64,000 bases of DNA from Myxococcota bacterium (GTDB lineage Bacteria > Myxococcota_A > Polyangia > Polyangiales > Houyiibacteriaceae): the NCBI GenBank assembly GCA_039030515.1, contig JBCCEA010000021.1, forward strand, positions 1 to 64,000, in the 5' to 3' direction. Shown piece after piece: positions 47,635 to 56,965 of the stretch. How positions within the stretch are numbered: position 1 is the stretch's first letter; each line of letters starts with the position of its first letter. A program made the position numbers and the translations under genes. The notes beneath the pieces were generated by a model. The model made no database searches, had not been told where the DNA came from, and was given only the letters and a program-made list of their open reading frames with translations.

Positions 47635-49503
47635 TCAGCGCGCAGTTTGCGCTTCCGAGCGCAGCACTTCCGACCAGCGCAACATCGCACTTCCTGCATG
47701 CTGCACGTAGTCGTTACGAACGCGGAGATCAAAAGGGGTTGCGGGGATTCCGCCAAGCATGGACCTGGGATCTCGAAATAGATGCGCTGGACCCGGGTCA
47801 AAACGCCACCTCAGAAGTTGTCCCATGCCCTCCTCGATAATCGTGCGCAAGATTGCCGTATCGACATCCGCGCGCCGCGCCATTTCAAAGGTAGAGACGA
47901 AGGCCTCGAGGCGGGAACCCGATGCGGCAAGTTTGGGTGCGATGATGCCTGGACCAGCGCCGAAGGCACCACGCACATTCCAGGGCGTTTCACCTTCGCG
48001 GTACTGAATCTTCCGATTCCAGTTCGCCCATCTCATGCAAAAATCCAAAGCCTCCTCTAGAGGGGCCCCGAGTGCTCCTGCATCGAGCGCCTCGGACCTG
48101 GGAGGGTTTTGAGAAGCGGCCTCCGCCGCGATACACGTCCAGTGCTCCTCTCCGTAATAGTAGCGACTCCCAAAGAAATCCCAGCTCGCCCCCGTCAAGT
48201 GCTTCATCAAACGCTGGGCTGCAGCGCGATGTTCGCCGTCTGCGATCACGCGTTCAGCCATCGCCAAGGCGAGGGCTGCTTCTCCACTGTAAAAGAGCTT
48301 TTGGACATCGACGGGCTGACCCGTCGTGAGGTCGAACAGATGCATGAGCTCTCCATCGGGTCGCTGCTGAGACCTCAGAAACCCAGCCAGGCCGACCAGC
48401 AAACGGCGCGCTGTAGGCTCCTCGCCCGTCGCCAAGAGTTCAGCAGCAGCGATCGCGGTCAGAGCCGCAGCGCCGACGTTCGCCTCTCGTCCGGCCGCAA
48501 CGCAGAGATGGTCGCCACAGCGACGTACGTAGTGCCGGTCCAGCCAGCGCAAGGCAGAAATCGCGCCTCGCCGAGCTTCAGGCAGGTCAAGCAGACGGTG
48601 AGCCTGCGCCAGAAAATAGGTGGTTCCGGCGTGCCGCGGAAGATTGTAACCCGAGTAGATTCGCTGTCCGCGGAAGGGCTCGACTACATAGGTGTAGCGC
48701 CCGCTTCTATCCTGATGCCGGAGCAGAAACTCGGCCCCCTCTCGGGCCGCACGACGCAACTCGTTCTCGAGTTCGCCCGGCGCCACCGGCTCTTGCGGGT
48801 AGGACACTTCTCGCTGCGTGACGATACGCACCCGCGCGATTTGCCCGCGAGCGCGAAATTCAGCGAGAGACACGCCGAGTTCTCGCGCAAGCTGACCGAC
48901 CAAGTCGTCGATATCGACCCCGAGGGTGGTGTCGGGAGCAGGCAATACAAAACCGCCGCTGTAGGCCTTCTGCCGCAGCAACTCTTCAGGCAGACGGAGT
49001 ACGTGCTTTGAACCCAGTGTCGCGAGCAATCCCTCGTGAAGCGGCAACAGCGAGAGGTTCTCGATCAGGGGCACGCCGAACATCAGAGGAGCGGGAGCAC
49101 CGATCGCGCTGAGCGTGTAGTGAATCCGGCGCCGATCGTCTCTCGGGCGAGTCCAATCCGTCCTGCTCCGCAGCGCAGCGTTGCTTTGAAAGTCTGCTTT
49201 GGCCTTGGCCACCACCTCCAGCAGCGTCTGAGACTCCGCGGTGCTCTGAGCCACGGGGCTTCCGCCGCTCCACACGGTGACGACAGACGTTCCCTCAAAT
49301 CGAAACGACTTAGCTCCTGCCGGCGCTTCTGGTTCAGGCAGCTCCAATCGGGCTGCGTGGAGGGTATCAAAACACCAGGCTGCGGCTTCATCGTCCGGCG
49401 CCGCTGGCGGATACGTCCGTACAACCGAGCGCAGGGCAAGCGCGCTTGCTCCAGTCAACACGAACCAGATCGAAAGAGCCCAAACGAGCGCCCGGCGATT
49501 CAT
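47635..49503 (-). CDS. Membrane-anchored protein with C-terminal (alpha/alpha)-barrel, function unknown
   Basis: Q..SGRYTY, YNLPRHAGTTY, Q.PDG, FYSGEAALAL, EHW, R.DY.QHA motifs; ATGA-coupled to the upstream gene. Confidence 0.7.
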   Translation of the reverse strand: MNRRALVWALSIWFVLTGASALALRSVVRTYPPAAPDDEAAAWCFDTLHAARLELPEPEAPAGAKSFRFEGTSVVTVWSGGSPVAQSTAESQTLLEVVAKAKADFQSNAALRSRTDWTRPRDDRRRIHYTLSAIGAPAPLMFGVPLIENLSLLPLHEGLLATLGSKHVLRLPEELLRQKAYSGGFVLPAPDTTLGVDIDDLVGQLARELGVSLAEFRARGQIARVRIVTQREVSYPQEPVAPGELENELRRAAREGAEFLLRHQDRSGRYTYVVEPFRGQRIYSGYNLPRHAGTTYFLAQAHRLLDLPEARRGAISALRWLDRHYVRRCGDHLCVAAGREANVGAAALTAIAAAELLATGEEPTARRLLVGLAGFLRSQQRPDGELMHLFDLTTGQPVDVQKLFYSGEAALALAMAERVIADGEHRAAAQRLMKHLTGASWDFFGSRYYYGEEHWTCIAAEAASQNPPRSEALDAGALGAPLEEALDFCMRWANWNRKIQYREGETPWNVRGAFGAGPGIIAPKLAASGSRLEAFVSTFEMARRADVDTAILRTIIEEGMGQLLRWRFDPGPAHLFRDPRSMLGGIPATPFDLRVRNDYVQHAGSAMLRWSEVLRSEAQTAR

Positions 49504-49907
49504 CGCGGCCTGAGGTGGTAGAACGCCTGAGCAGCCGGCAGAACCACCAGGTACGGCAGCGTCATCAGCGCAACGATCGCAAAAATGATCGCGCCGCCTG
49601 CTCCTACCGGACCGTACAGTCCGGCGATCGAAGCGGCCGTAAGAAAGAGGGTGGTGCAGAGCGTCGCTCCAAGAAATAGCCAAAGCATGCAGACAGCGAG
49701 GGAGAACTGTTCTGCCAAAGGCCATCGAGTGAACAGCAGGAAACCGGATGCGATGAGCAAGGCCGCAAAACCGGAACCTAGAAGGTCAACCGGCCACCAC
49801 CGAGCGGGCAGCGCAACCCAGATGCCGAACAGAAGCAGCGCCGCTACGACTAGATCTAGAGCACCGAGCCATACGCGGGGCGAACGCCAGGCGGATTCGC
49901 GATTCAT
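49500..49907 (-). CDS. Hypothetical 4-TM membrane protein
   Basis: Four hydrophobic helices; stop overlaps the next ATG. Confidence 0.75.
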   Translation of the reverse strand: MNRESAWRSPRVWLGALDLVVAALLLFGIWVALPARWWPVDLLGSGFAALLIASGFLLFTRWPLAEQFSLAVCMLWLFLGATLCTTLFLTAASIAGLYGPVGAGGAIIFAIVALMTLPYLVVLPAAQAFYHLRPR

Positions 49908-50029
49908 GATCGGCAACCTACCCCAGTCAGCGCGGCGGGCATGTAAAATCTAAAGGCGTGGGCGGGCAAACTGATTTTGGTCTCTAGGCGCGACCGCTCG
50001 GCGACTCCTCAAAGCCTACACAGGCGCTG

Positions 50030-51466
50030 TCAGCCGCTCCGCAAACCCTTCGAGACCGGACGAACCCTTGGCACAAAGATCATTGCAAGACACAGCCACG
50101 GCGGCGAGAGCCCGGCGCCTTTGCCCGCTGCAGCACATCCCTCCCCCCCGACGGATCCCTCTCCTGCAACGACAGAATCAGTCGCGTCTTCATTGTTCAC
50201 GTTTGGGGGACTCGTCGCATCGGGACCGTCTTCAAGGCTTCCCCCAAGATCGAGGATCAGGTCTTCAAAGAGCGCCCGGTCGCAAATTCGCTCGACTCTT
50301 CCGCCGCAGCTGCGAACGCCCGCGATTTGATCGACAAACAGCTGGCGCACCGGCGGCTTGCCCCAAGGGTCTCGAACTGAAGTGCGAAGCAAGAGGTGGC
50401 CTTGTTCGATAGGGTCGACGCAAAGCCAAAGCTCTTCTTCTTGCACCATGGCGCACGACACCTTGATCTCCGCGTTGAGCGAGGCAACCACACTGTCGAC
50501 GTGATCAAAAAAGAACAAACCCTCCGTTCGGTTTCCGAAAAAAATGCCGAACTCCGACTCGGCAAAGGCAAATGCGCGATTTGCGGTACCGGGCTCACTG
50601 CTCAAGTCTGCTGCAAGCACCCAACCGGGATCGCTCTGAAATGCTGCATCGTCGCTGAAGTAAACGAGATCGCGATCTCCGAGTCGATACCGAACCCAAA
50701 CTCGATCAAGGGCGTCGATCCCAAGAAGGTAGAGCCGGTGGTTCGCTTCGGGCACAGGGGGCACCGCAACCGAGCTCCATGTACCTTCTGGCGATTCGGA
50801 ACTATTGTGATCTGAAGTCGGTGGATCGAGCTGCGGCCGGTCAAACGAAAGCAATGCAGGCGCTGCACCTAGCATTCCTCCCACAAACACCGAGTTCGGC
50901 ACAGAGATGGACGGCCCCTCGGGGACTGCCGCAGGGGCATGAAATGCAAAGCGGAGCGCGGCAAAGTCCGTGGGCAGCACCGGGGCGATCTTCCAAACGG
51001 TCCCGCTTGTCGACAGGCCGTGGACATGGTTCTCTTCGCCGAAGGAAGCCGAAGCGACCCACACCGTGTCCGAGTCGATTCGCTGGACATGGGTTGTGAC
51101 GCTACCCAGCTCGTCTGCGGCAAAGTCGCAACCCAGCGCAGCGCTCTTGTAGAGACCGAACGTTGAATCCATCCAAAGGGATCCGTCGTCGAGAAGTGCT
51201 GTCGTCGCGAGGCGACCGTTGATGAATCCATCGATGGCTTCGGGACAAATCCATTGCCAAACGTTTCCATGGTCCTCGGAGACCAGCAGACCAAAGCTCC
51301 CGTGGAGGATCAACACCCCCTCAGCGGAAACGCGATGTAGTTCGTGGGCGCGGTGATCGATCTCGTGAGCGTGCGCCAAATCGACCGATCCGGGAGAGCT
51401 CCATGCTTGAGCCGCCATCGACCAGAAGAAGAGACTCCGCAGGAAGGCGCTCGGAATCGAGCTCAT
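50030..51466 (-). CDS. Secreted beta-propeller (BNR/Asp-box-like) protein with MYXO-CTERM-like tail
   Basis: SFGLLVSEDHG.VW.WICPE, S.D.G/A repeats; C-terminal GGEGC-linker-hydrophobic-RVR. Confidence 0.6.
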   Translation of the reverse strand: MSSIPSAFLRSLFFWSMAAQAWSSPGSVDLAHAHEIDHRAHELHRVSAEGVLILHGSFGLLVSEDHGNVWQWICPEAIDGFINGRLATTALLDDGSLWMDSTFGLYKSAALGCDFAADELGSVTTHVQRIDSDTVWVASASFGEENHVHGLSTSGTVWKIAPVLPTDFAALRFAFHAPAAVPEGPSISVPNSVFVGGMLGAAPALLSFDRPQLDPPTSDHNSSESPEGTWSSVAVPPVPEANHRLYLLGIDALDRVWVRYRLGDRDLVYFSDDAAFQSDPGWVLAADLSSEPGTANRAFAFAESEFGIFFGNRTEGLFFFDHVDSVVASLNAEIKVSCAMVQEEELWLCVDPIEQGHLLLRTSVRDPWGKPPVRQLFVDQIAGVRSCGGRVERICDRALFEDLILDLGGSLEDGPDATSPPNVNNEDATDSVVAGEGSVGGEGCAAAGKGAGLSPPWLCLAMIFVPRVRPVSKGLRSG

Positions 51467-51702
51467 GAGATGAGGACTGAGCCTGAGATCGATCGCGCGC
51501 ACCGAGGTTAAATTTAGGTCATTGAGGGGACATCGCACACACAAATCGCTCGGGAAAACGTTTCTGTGTAGGGCGGTAACTACATCCATCCGAGATCGAT
51601 TTATGGAGCATGACCAGTCGATGCATGGCACCTTCTGACGTGAATTGTTCTTTTTGGCGCGACCGGATGGTCGCCCGAGAACCGCGTTTGGACGGAGGAT
51701 TC

Positions 51703-53019
51703 ATGCAGGCTTTACGCCCCGAGCTCTATGCGTTCCTGATATCGACTCTACTCGTAGCGGTTGCCGCCTGCGGGGATGACGACAGTGCAAGCATCAGCCC
51801 AGACGGCGGAGGCATAAACCCAGACGGCGGTAGCACGGAAGAACTCATTGTGGACGGCTGGCTGCTGAATGACGGCGACGATCAGGCCGCGATACTTGAA
51901 AACGATGACGGCAGTCCCGCCTTGGTCAACGTATTCGATGTGGAAGTCACTACGGATACAGTCACGATTACAACGGACTCGGTTCCCGACTACGCGACCG
52001 AAATGAACCAGGCAATCCTCGACGAGCTGGCAGCGAGACCTCGATTTGACACCGATTTCCCTACGGGAATCGACGCGGCAGTCGGCGACACGATCGAGTT
52101 TGGACAAGATATCGGATTTGCGAACATCAACTGCGCGGGAGCGACGCCAGGCGCCGGATATTGGGCCCAAGGACCAAGTTGTGGCGCTCCAGTTAGGAAC
52201 GTAGTGTCCTTCCCCAGAAACCCCCAGCCCTGGACCTCTGCGTCTGCCGTGACCCAATGCGATTCGGGAATCGTAGCCGGGTACTTCATCAACGGCGTTC
52301 AAATGGCAGGTTGGTCTGACACGATGAGCTATGAGAGTGAGGGAGTCTGGAACAATCTAGCCGCTCGGCTCGAGGTCTACGATCTAGACATTTGTGGCGG
52401 CCACCAGAATCCGGGTGGCTACCACCATCACCAGTACAGTCGTTGCATCGCCGACCGTCTGGACGACAGTGGTGACGCGCACTCACCACTGTACGGCTTC
52501 GCCCTTGACGGATATCCGACGTACGGCCCCTACCATAGCGATGGAGAGCTCTCGGAAAGCTGCTGGAAGATGCGCGAATACGACATGGTAGAGGGCATCG
52601 GCACGTGTGACGGCCTGGGTTCGCGCACCTGCTTGCTCAACGACCCCTATGATGTGAGTGCAGGCACGACCAGCGCGAAACTTCCTGGACCGACGACTGC
52701 GGAGACCGTCAACTCGCTGAGTGGAGTCGAGTTCAGCGCTTCCGCCGGACTGTACCTGGAGGATTACTACTACGATTCCGCCTGTACCGCTCAGGGCGAG
52801 CGCTATCTCGACGAGCACAACGGTCACGAGCACGACGAGCTCAGCTATCACTACCACATCACGATCGACGACAGTGGCGATCACACGTTTCCCTTTGTGC
52901 CCGGACCGACCCTGTACGGAGAGACACTTCAGCCTTGCGCAGACCCTACGTCGATTGGCGGCGGCGGCGGTGGCGGCGGCGGCATGGGCGGCGGCGGCAT
53001 GGGCGGCATGGGCGGCTGA
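51703..53019 (+). CDS. YHYH-domain lipoprotein with Gly/Met-rich tail
   Basis: GGAGG RBS, VAAC lipobox, LD.CGGH, YHHH, PLYGFALDGYP.YGP, LDEHNGH, YHYH. Confidence 0.85.
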   Translation: MQALRPELYAFLISTLLVAVAACGDDDSASISPDGGGINPDGGSTEELIVDGWLLNDGDDQAAILENDDGSPALVNVFDVEVTTDTVTITTDSVPDYATEMNQAILDELAARPRFDTDFPTGIDAAVGDTIEFGQDIGFANINCAGATPGAGYWAQGPSCGAPVRNVVSFPRNPQPWTSASAVTQCDSGIVAGYFINGVQMAGWSDTMSYESEGVWNNLAARLEVYDLDICGGHQNPGGYHHHQYSRCIADRLDDSGDAHSPLYGFALDGYPTYGPYHSDGELSESCWKMREYDMVEGIGTCDGLGSRTCLLNDPYDVSAGTTSAKLPGPTTAETVNSLSGVEFSASAGLYLEDYYYDSACTAQGERYLDEHNGHEHDELSYHYHITIDDSGDHTFPFVPGPTLYGETLQPCADPTSIGGGGGGGGGMGGGGMGGMGG

Positions 53020-53029
53020 CAGCCCAAAC

Positions 53030-53132
53030 AGGTGCTCGGCTGGATGACCCAGAGGTGCTCGGCTGGATGACCCAGAGGTGCTCGGCTGGATGACCCAGAG
53101 GTGCTCGGCTGGATGACCCAGAGGTGCTCGGC
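53030..53132. repeat. 23-bp perfect tandem repeat x4.5
   Basis: AGGTGCTCGGCTGGATGACCCAG at 53030, 53053, 53076, 53099, partial at 53122; no spacers. Confidence 0.96.
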
Positions 53133-53182
53133 CGAACTCTGTGTGAGTGGACTGAATCTTCTAAGGCTAGGATGCGGGGCTT

Positions 53183-54793
53183 CTAAGGCTGAGGTACCGG
53201 GTTTAGATAGGGGGGCACGCCTCGTCGGATGATCGTGTCGCCCAGATAGCTCTCGTGAGCGTCTGGATGATCCAGATTGTAGTGTAGTCCCCTGCTTTCT
53301 CGGCGAAACGCAGCGGAAATGACGATGAGCTCAGCAACGTCGACGATGTTTCTGAGCTCGAGCATGTCTCTTGTGATGAGGTGGGCCCAGTAGTACTCCT
53401 GCATTTCCTCCTGCAAGAGGGCAATGCGACGCGCCGCTCTCCTCAGCCGCCGATCGCTACGAACGATACCCACGTAGTTCCACATGAAGCGACGTATCTC
53501 ATCCCAGTTCTGACTGACGACCACCTCTTCATCGCTCGGAACCGCCGAACCGATGTCCCAGTCAGGAACCCGCGTGGGCGGATCCCGCAAAGAGCTCTCG
53601 GCAATCGAGCGAGCAGCGCGTTCGCCGTAGACCAATCCTTCCAGCAGCGAGTTCGACGCCAACCGGTTGGCACCATGCAAACCTGAGCAGACAACCTCAC
53701 CGACGGCCCAGAGTCCAGGAAGCGTCGTGGCGCCGTCGCAGTCGACCACCACCCCGCCGCAAAGATAGTGCGCCGCAGGAACGACAGGGATCCACATCGA
53801 GCGCATATCGATCCCAAGTTTCATACAGCGGGCATGGATATTGGGGAATCGCCCTACGAGCCAGTCCGCGTCACGCGCGCTCATGTCTAGAAAAACGCAG
53901 TCTAGGCCGAGACGTTTCATCTCAAGATCGATCGTACGCGCCACCACATCTCGAGGCGCAAGGTCCGCCATCGCGTGGTGCTGAGCCATAAAAGGTGTGC
54001 CGTCTGGGAGGCGGAGCACACCTCCTTCACCGCGAAGCGCTTCACTGATCAAAAAACTCTTCGCTTCCGGGTGATAGAGACAGGTCGGATGAAACTGAAA
54101 AAACTCCATGTTGGCGATCTCTGCGCCCACTCGATAGGCCATCGCCACTCCGTCTCCCGTAGCGACATCGGGATTGGAGGTGTAGAGGTAGACTTTTCCT
54201 GCGCCTCCCGTTGCAAGTACGGTGGCTCGAGCGAGAAAGGTCTGTACGATCGAAGTTTTGTGATCGAGTACGTAGGCACCGACAATCCCTCGGGGACCAC
54301 CAAACTTACTGCGCTCGATCAAATCCACCGCCATGTGGTGTTCAAACACTCGGATTTTTGGGTGGGCGGACACCGCAGCCATGAGGGCTCGCTGCACTTC
54401 CTGGCCGGTGACGTCTCCAGCATGGAGAACCCGGCGTGCGCTGTGCCCCCCCTCTCGGGTCAGGTCGTACTGCTCCGAGCCGTCACGCTTGCTGAACTCT
54501 GCACCTCGCCGGACCAGTTCCATCACCGAACTGGGCCCTTCTCGGATCACCATGTCGACGATGTTCACCCGCGAGAGACCTGCGCCGACGTCCAGGGTGT
54601 CGTCGACGTGTGCCTCAAACGAATCCCGGGGATCCAAAACCGCGGCGATCCCTCCCTGCGCCCAGTTGGTGGCAGCGTCCGAAGTCGCCTGCTTCGTCAC
54701 CACGGTCACCTCACCGTGCTGGGCAGCCTCAAGCGCCGTGGTCAGTCCGGCAATGCCGCTTCCGAGCACCAGATAGTCGCAGTTTACCCGCAT
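53183..54793 (-). CDS. nadB: L-aspartate oxidase
   Basis: GSGIAGL, WAQGGIAA, REGGHS.RRVLH, QFHPT, LISEALRGEG, GLHGANRLASNSLLE, RESRGLHY. Confidence 0.96.
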   Translation of the reverse strand: MRVNCDYLVLGSGIAGLTTALEAAQHGEVTVVTKQATSDAATNWAQGGIAAVLDPRDSFEAHVDDTLDVGAGLSRVNIVDMVIREGPSSVMELVRRGAEFSKRDGSEQYDLTREGGHSARRVLHAGDVTGQEVQRALMAAVSAHPKIRVFEHHMAVDLIERSKFGGPRGIVGAYVLDHKTSIVQTFLARATVLATGGAGKVYLYTSNPDVATGDGVAMAYRVGAEIANMEFFQFHPTCLYHPEAKSFLISEALRGEGGVLRLPDGTPFMAQHHAMADLAPRDVVARTIDLEMKRLGLDCVFLDMSARDADWLVGRFPNIHARCMKLGIDMRSMWIPVVPAAHYLCGGVVVDCDGATTLPGLWAVGEVVCSGLHGANRLASNSLLEGLVYGERAARSIAESSLRDPPTRVPDWDIGSAVPSDEEVVVSQNWDEIRRFMWNYVGIVRSDRRLRRAARRIALLQEEMQEYYWAHLITRDMLELRNIVDVAELIVISAAFRRESRGLHYNLDHPDAHESYLGDTIIRRGVPPYLNPVPQP

Positions 54794-54960
54794 AGGAAAT
54801 ACCTTTTCACCGGGGTACACATAGCAAAGGTCGCGCTTGATCGCTCTTTTGGCCACCCATCCATGCTGAAGCTACACTGCAGGGACCGTCTCCGAGCAGT
54901 CGATCTCAAGCGCCGTTCTAAGGCAAACCCGTTGGACTCTTTTCTCAGACGCAGTGTGCA

Positions 54961-55641
54961 GTGATCCGCACGCAACTTGGCCGAAACCGCCGCTTAAGGC
55001 TGTTCCTCGTCACTTTGAGCACAGCGGCCAGCCTAAACGCAGCCTCCGTGGCTGCTGTCCGGGCCGACATATTCCGCTGCAACGCTCCCGACGGCTCGAT
55101 GCATTTTACGAATGTCGCACCCGACAGACGCTCTCGCTCCCGCTGCGTTCGGGTCGTTCGCGAGAAATCCGATCGTCCGACTCCGCGTCCGGGCAGGGTT
55201 CGTACCCCACAGACCGCGAGGCGGAGAGACCCGTCGCGGTACCGGCGATATGATGAGTATATCCGAGAAGCTGCTCGCCTTTACCAACTGCCCGTTTCGT
55301 TCATCCGGGCTGTGATTCGAGTCGAGAGCGACTTCAATCCGCATGTCGTGAGCCGCGCAGGAGCGATGGGATTGATGCAGTTGATGCCGCAAACCGCGCG
55401 GAGGATGGGTGTAGTCGACCCGTTTGATCCCCGTCAGAACATTCTCGGCGGTACCCGCTATCTGCGCATCCTAGCCAACCTGTTCCATGGAGACCTTGTG
55501 CTCACGGTCGCCGCATACAACGCTGGTGAAGGAGCCGTGAGTCGCTATCAGGGGGTGCCCCCCTACGCCGAAACTCGACGCTACGTGGGACGCGTGCTCA
55601 AACGCTACTACAGCCCCTCGGGGAACCAGTCCCAAAGATGA
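54961..55641 (+). CDS. Lytic transglycosylase (SLT domain, DUF4124-like N-terminus)
   Basis: AVIRVESDF...VVS.AGAMGLMQLMP, AAYNAG, PPY.ET..YV. Confidence 0.92.
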   Translation: MIRTQLGRNRRLRLFLVTLSTAASLNAASVAAVRADIFRCNAPDGSMHFTNVAPDRRSRSRCVRVVREKSDRPTPRPGRVRTPQTARRRDPSRYRRYDEYIREAARLYQLPVSFIRAVIRVESDFNPHVVSRAGAMGLMQLMPQTARRMGVVDPFDPRQNILGGTRYLRILANLFHGDLVLTVAAYNAGEGAVSRYQGVPPYAETRRYVGRVLKRYYSPSGNQSQR

Positions 55642-56065
55642 GCGCAACGCAAATGACGCTCCATCCCTCGCGCAAAGATTTCTAGATCGTGAACGTCTCG
55701 AACATCGGGTGCTGAAGGCCGCAGTTTTTTCAAATGGTCTCTCGAAAAGTGTCGCCTTCATGGTTAGGGTCTGCAGCGATGAAGGTCTGGTACGCACTCT
55801 CGGCGGTAGCGACAATGCGCCTCACGCCGATAACCGGCTCGGCGATCGCAGACGTTGAGCTGAGCCCAGAGTGGGCGAGAGCTCACTCGACCGCCATCCG
55901 CCAGACCCTCGAGCAGGACCCTATCGACGAAGAGGTGCGCCGAACGATCGAAACACGTGAAAGACGCGCCGAATCGGATCGGAAGGCAATCCCGAGGGCG
56001 GGGCGTCCCCAACGCAGTCGGAGGTCACGCTGAGCTTTGCGCTACTGCTGCTCGCGGCCTGCCTT

Positions 56066-56923
56066 GTGGCCGTTGCCGTGCCGTTCGTCCAGGCGTTCCT
56101 GTGGCGGGTTCCCCTGGGTTACCTCCCGCAGTCCGTCGTGCTTCGCGGCATGTTCGGTGCGATCCTGAGCACGGTCCTCATCGGATTGGTCACCGCCGGA
56201 ATCTGCTTCCTGCTCGACCGGGGAACTGCGCTGAGCATCGCACTCACCGCAGGCTGTCTCGGGGCAGCGCTGCTCATCATCAGCGTTCGTCGTAGCGCCC
56301 GAGAGCGCGGTGCAGCTATTCTTGCGTATCGACTGCTTCATCTGAGTACCAAGCAGGGAGCCAAGCTGAGCCTACTTCGACTGCTCAGAAGCGCCGAGCC
56401 CAAGCCAAACGCAGACCCAAGCCCCTATGCACGTCTCGTCTTGCGTATTTTGGCCCCCCTAACCCACGCCGAGTGCTGGACTGAAGCAGAAGCATTGCTG
56501 GCCGCCCTGCCTTCAGAAAAGCTTGATCCTCAAACCGCAGCTCTGGGCGCTCAGGGGCTTGCCACGTGCCGGGTACAGCTGGGCAACCTCGAAGGTGCCC
56601 ACGCGGCGCTCAACTCCGTACCACGGCCGGTTCCAGATGCCGGCATTGAGGAATGGCTCCGCACTACGGACGCGCTTTTGCATGCGGTTGCTGAGCGTCC
56701 TGACGAAGCACTCGTCCTGCTCGGTGATCGAGAGGAAACCGACCCGCTCCGTAAGGCATCAAAACGCATCGTGCGCGCCCATGCACTTTGCACCAAGGGC
56801 AAAAAAGAAGATGCGAAACGGGAGCTCGTTTCGCTTCGTGAGGAATTCGGCCCAGCCGCACTCGACCGAGCCATCCTCCCTCACGGACCGGCCTCGGAGT
56901 TGGCTCGAGCGATTGCAAAATAG
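56066..56923 (+). CDS. Hypothetical membrane protein with TPR-like C-terminus; start uncertain, possibly frameshifted
   Basis: Three hydrophobic segments then helical repeats; frame stays open upstream to 55961. Confidence 0.65.
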   Translation: MAVAVPFVQAFLWRVPLGYLPQSVVLRGMFGAILSTVLIGLVTAGICFLLDRGTALSIALTAGCLGAALLIISVRRSARERGAAILAYRLLHLSTKQGAKLSLLRLLRSAEPKPNADPSPYARLVLRILAPLTHAECWTEAEALLAALPSEKLDPQTAALGAQGLATCRVQLGNLEGAHAALNSVPRPVPDAGIEEWLRTTDALLHAVAERPDEALVLLGDREETDPLRKASKRIVRAHALCTKGKKEDAKRELVSLREEFGPAALDRAILPHGPASELARAIAK

Positions 56924-56965
56924 CCGGCCTCCACGGGGGCTCTCTGGAGAGCAAACTGCAACCGC

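Noticed and set aside
53030..53132. 23-bp repeats (and the 17-bp set at 23518) as CRISPR
   Set aside because: Head-to-tail with no unique spacers; simple VNTRs.
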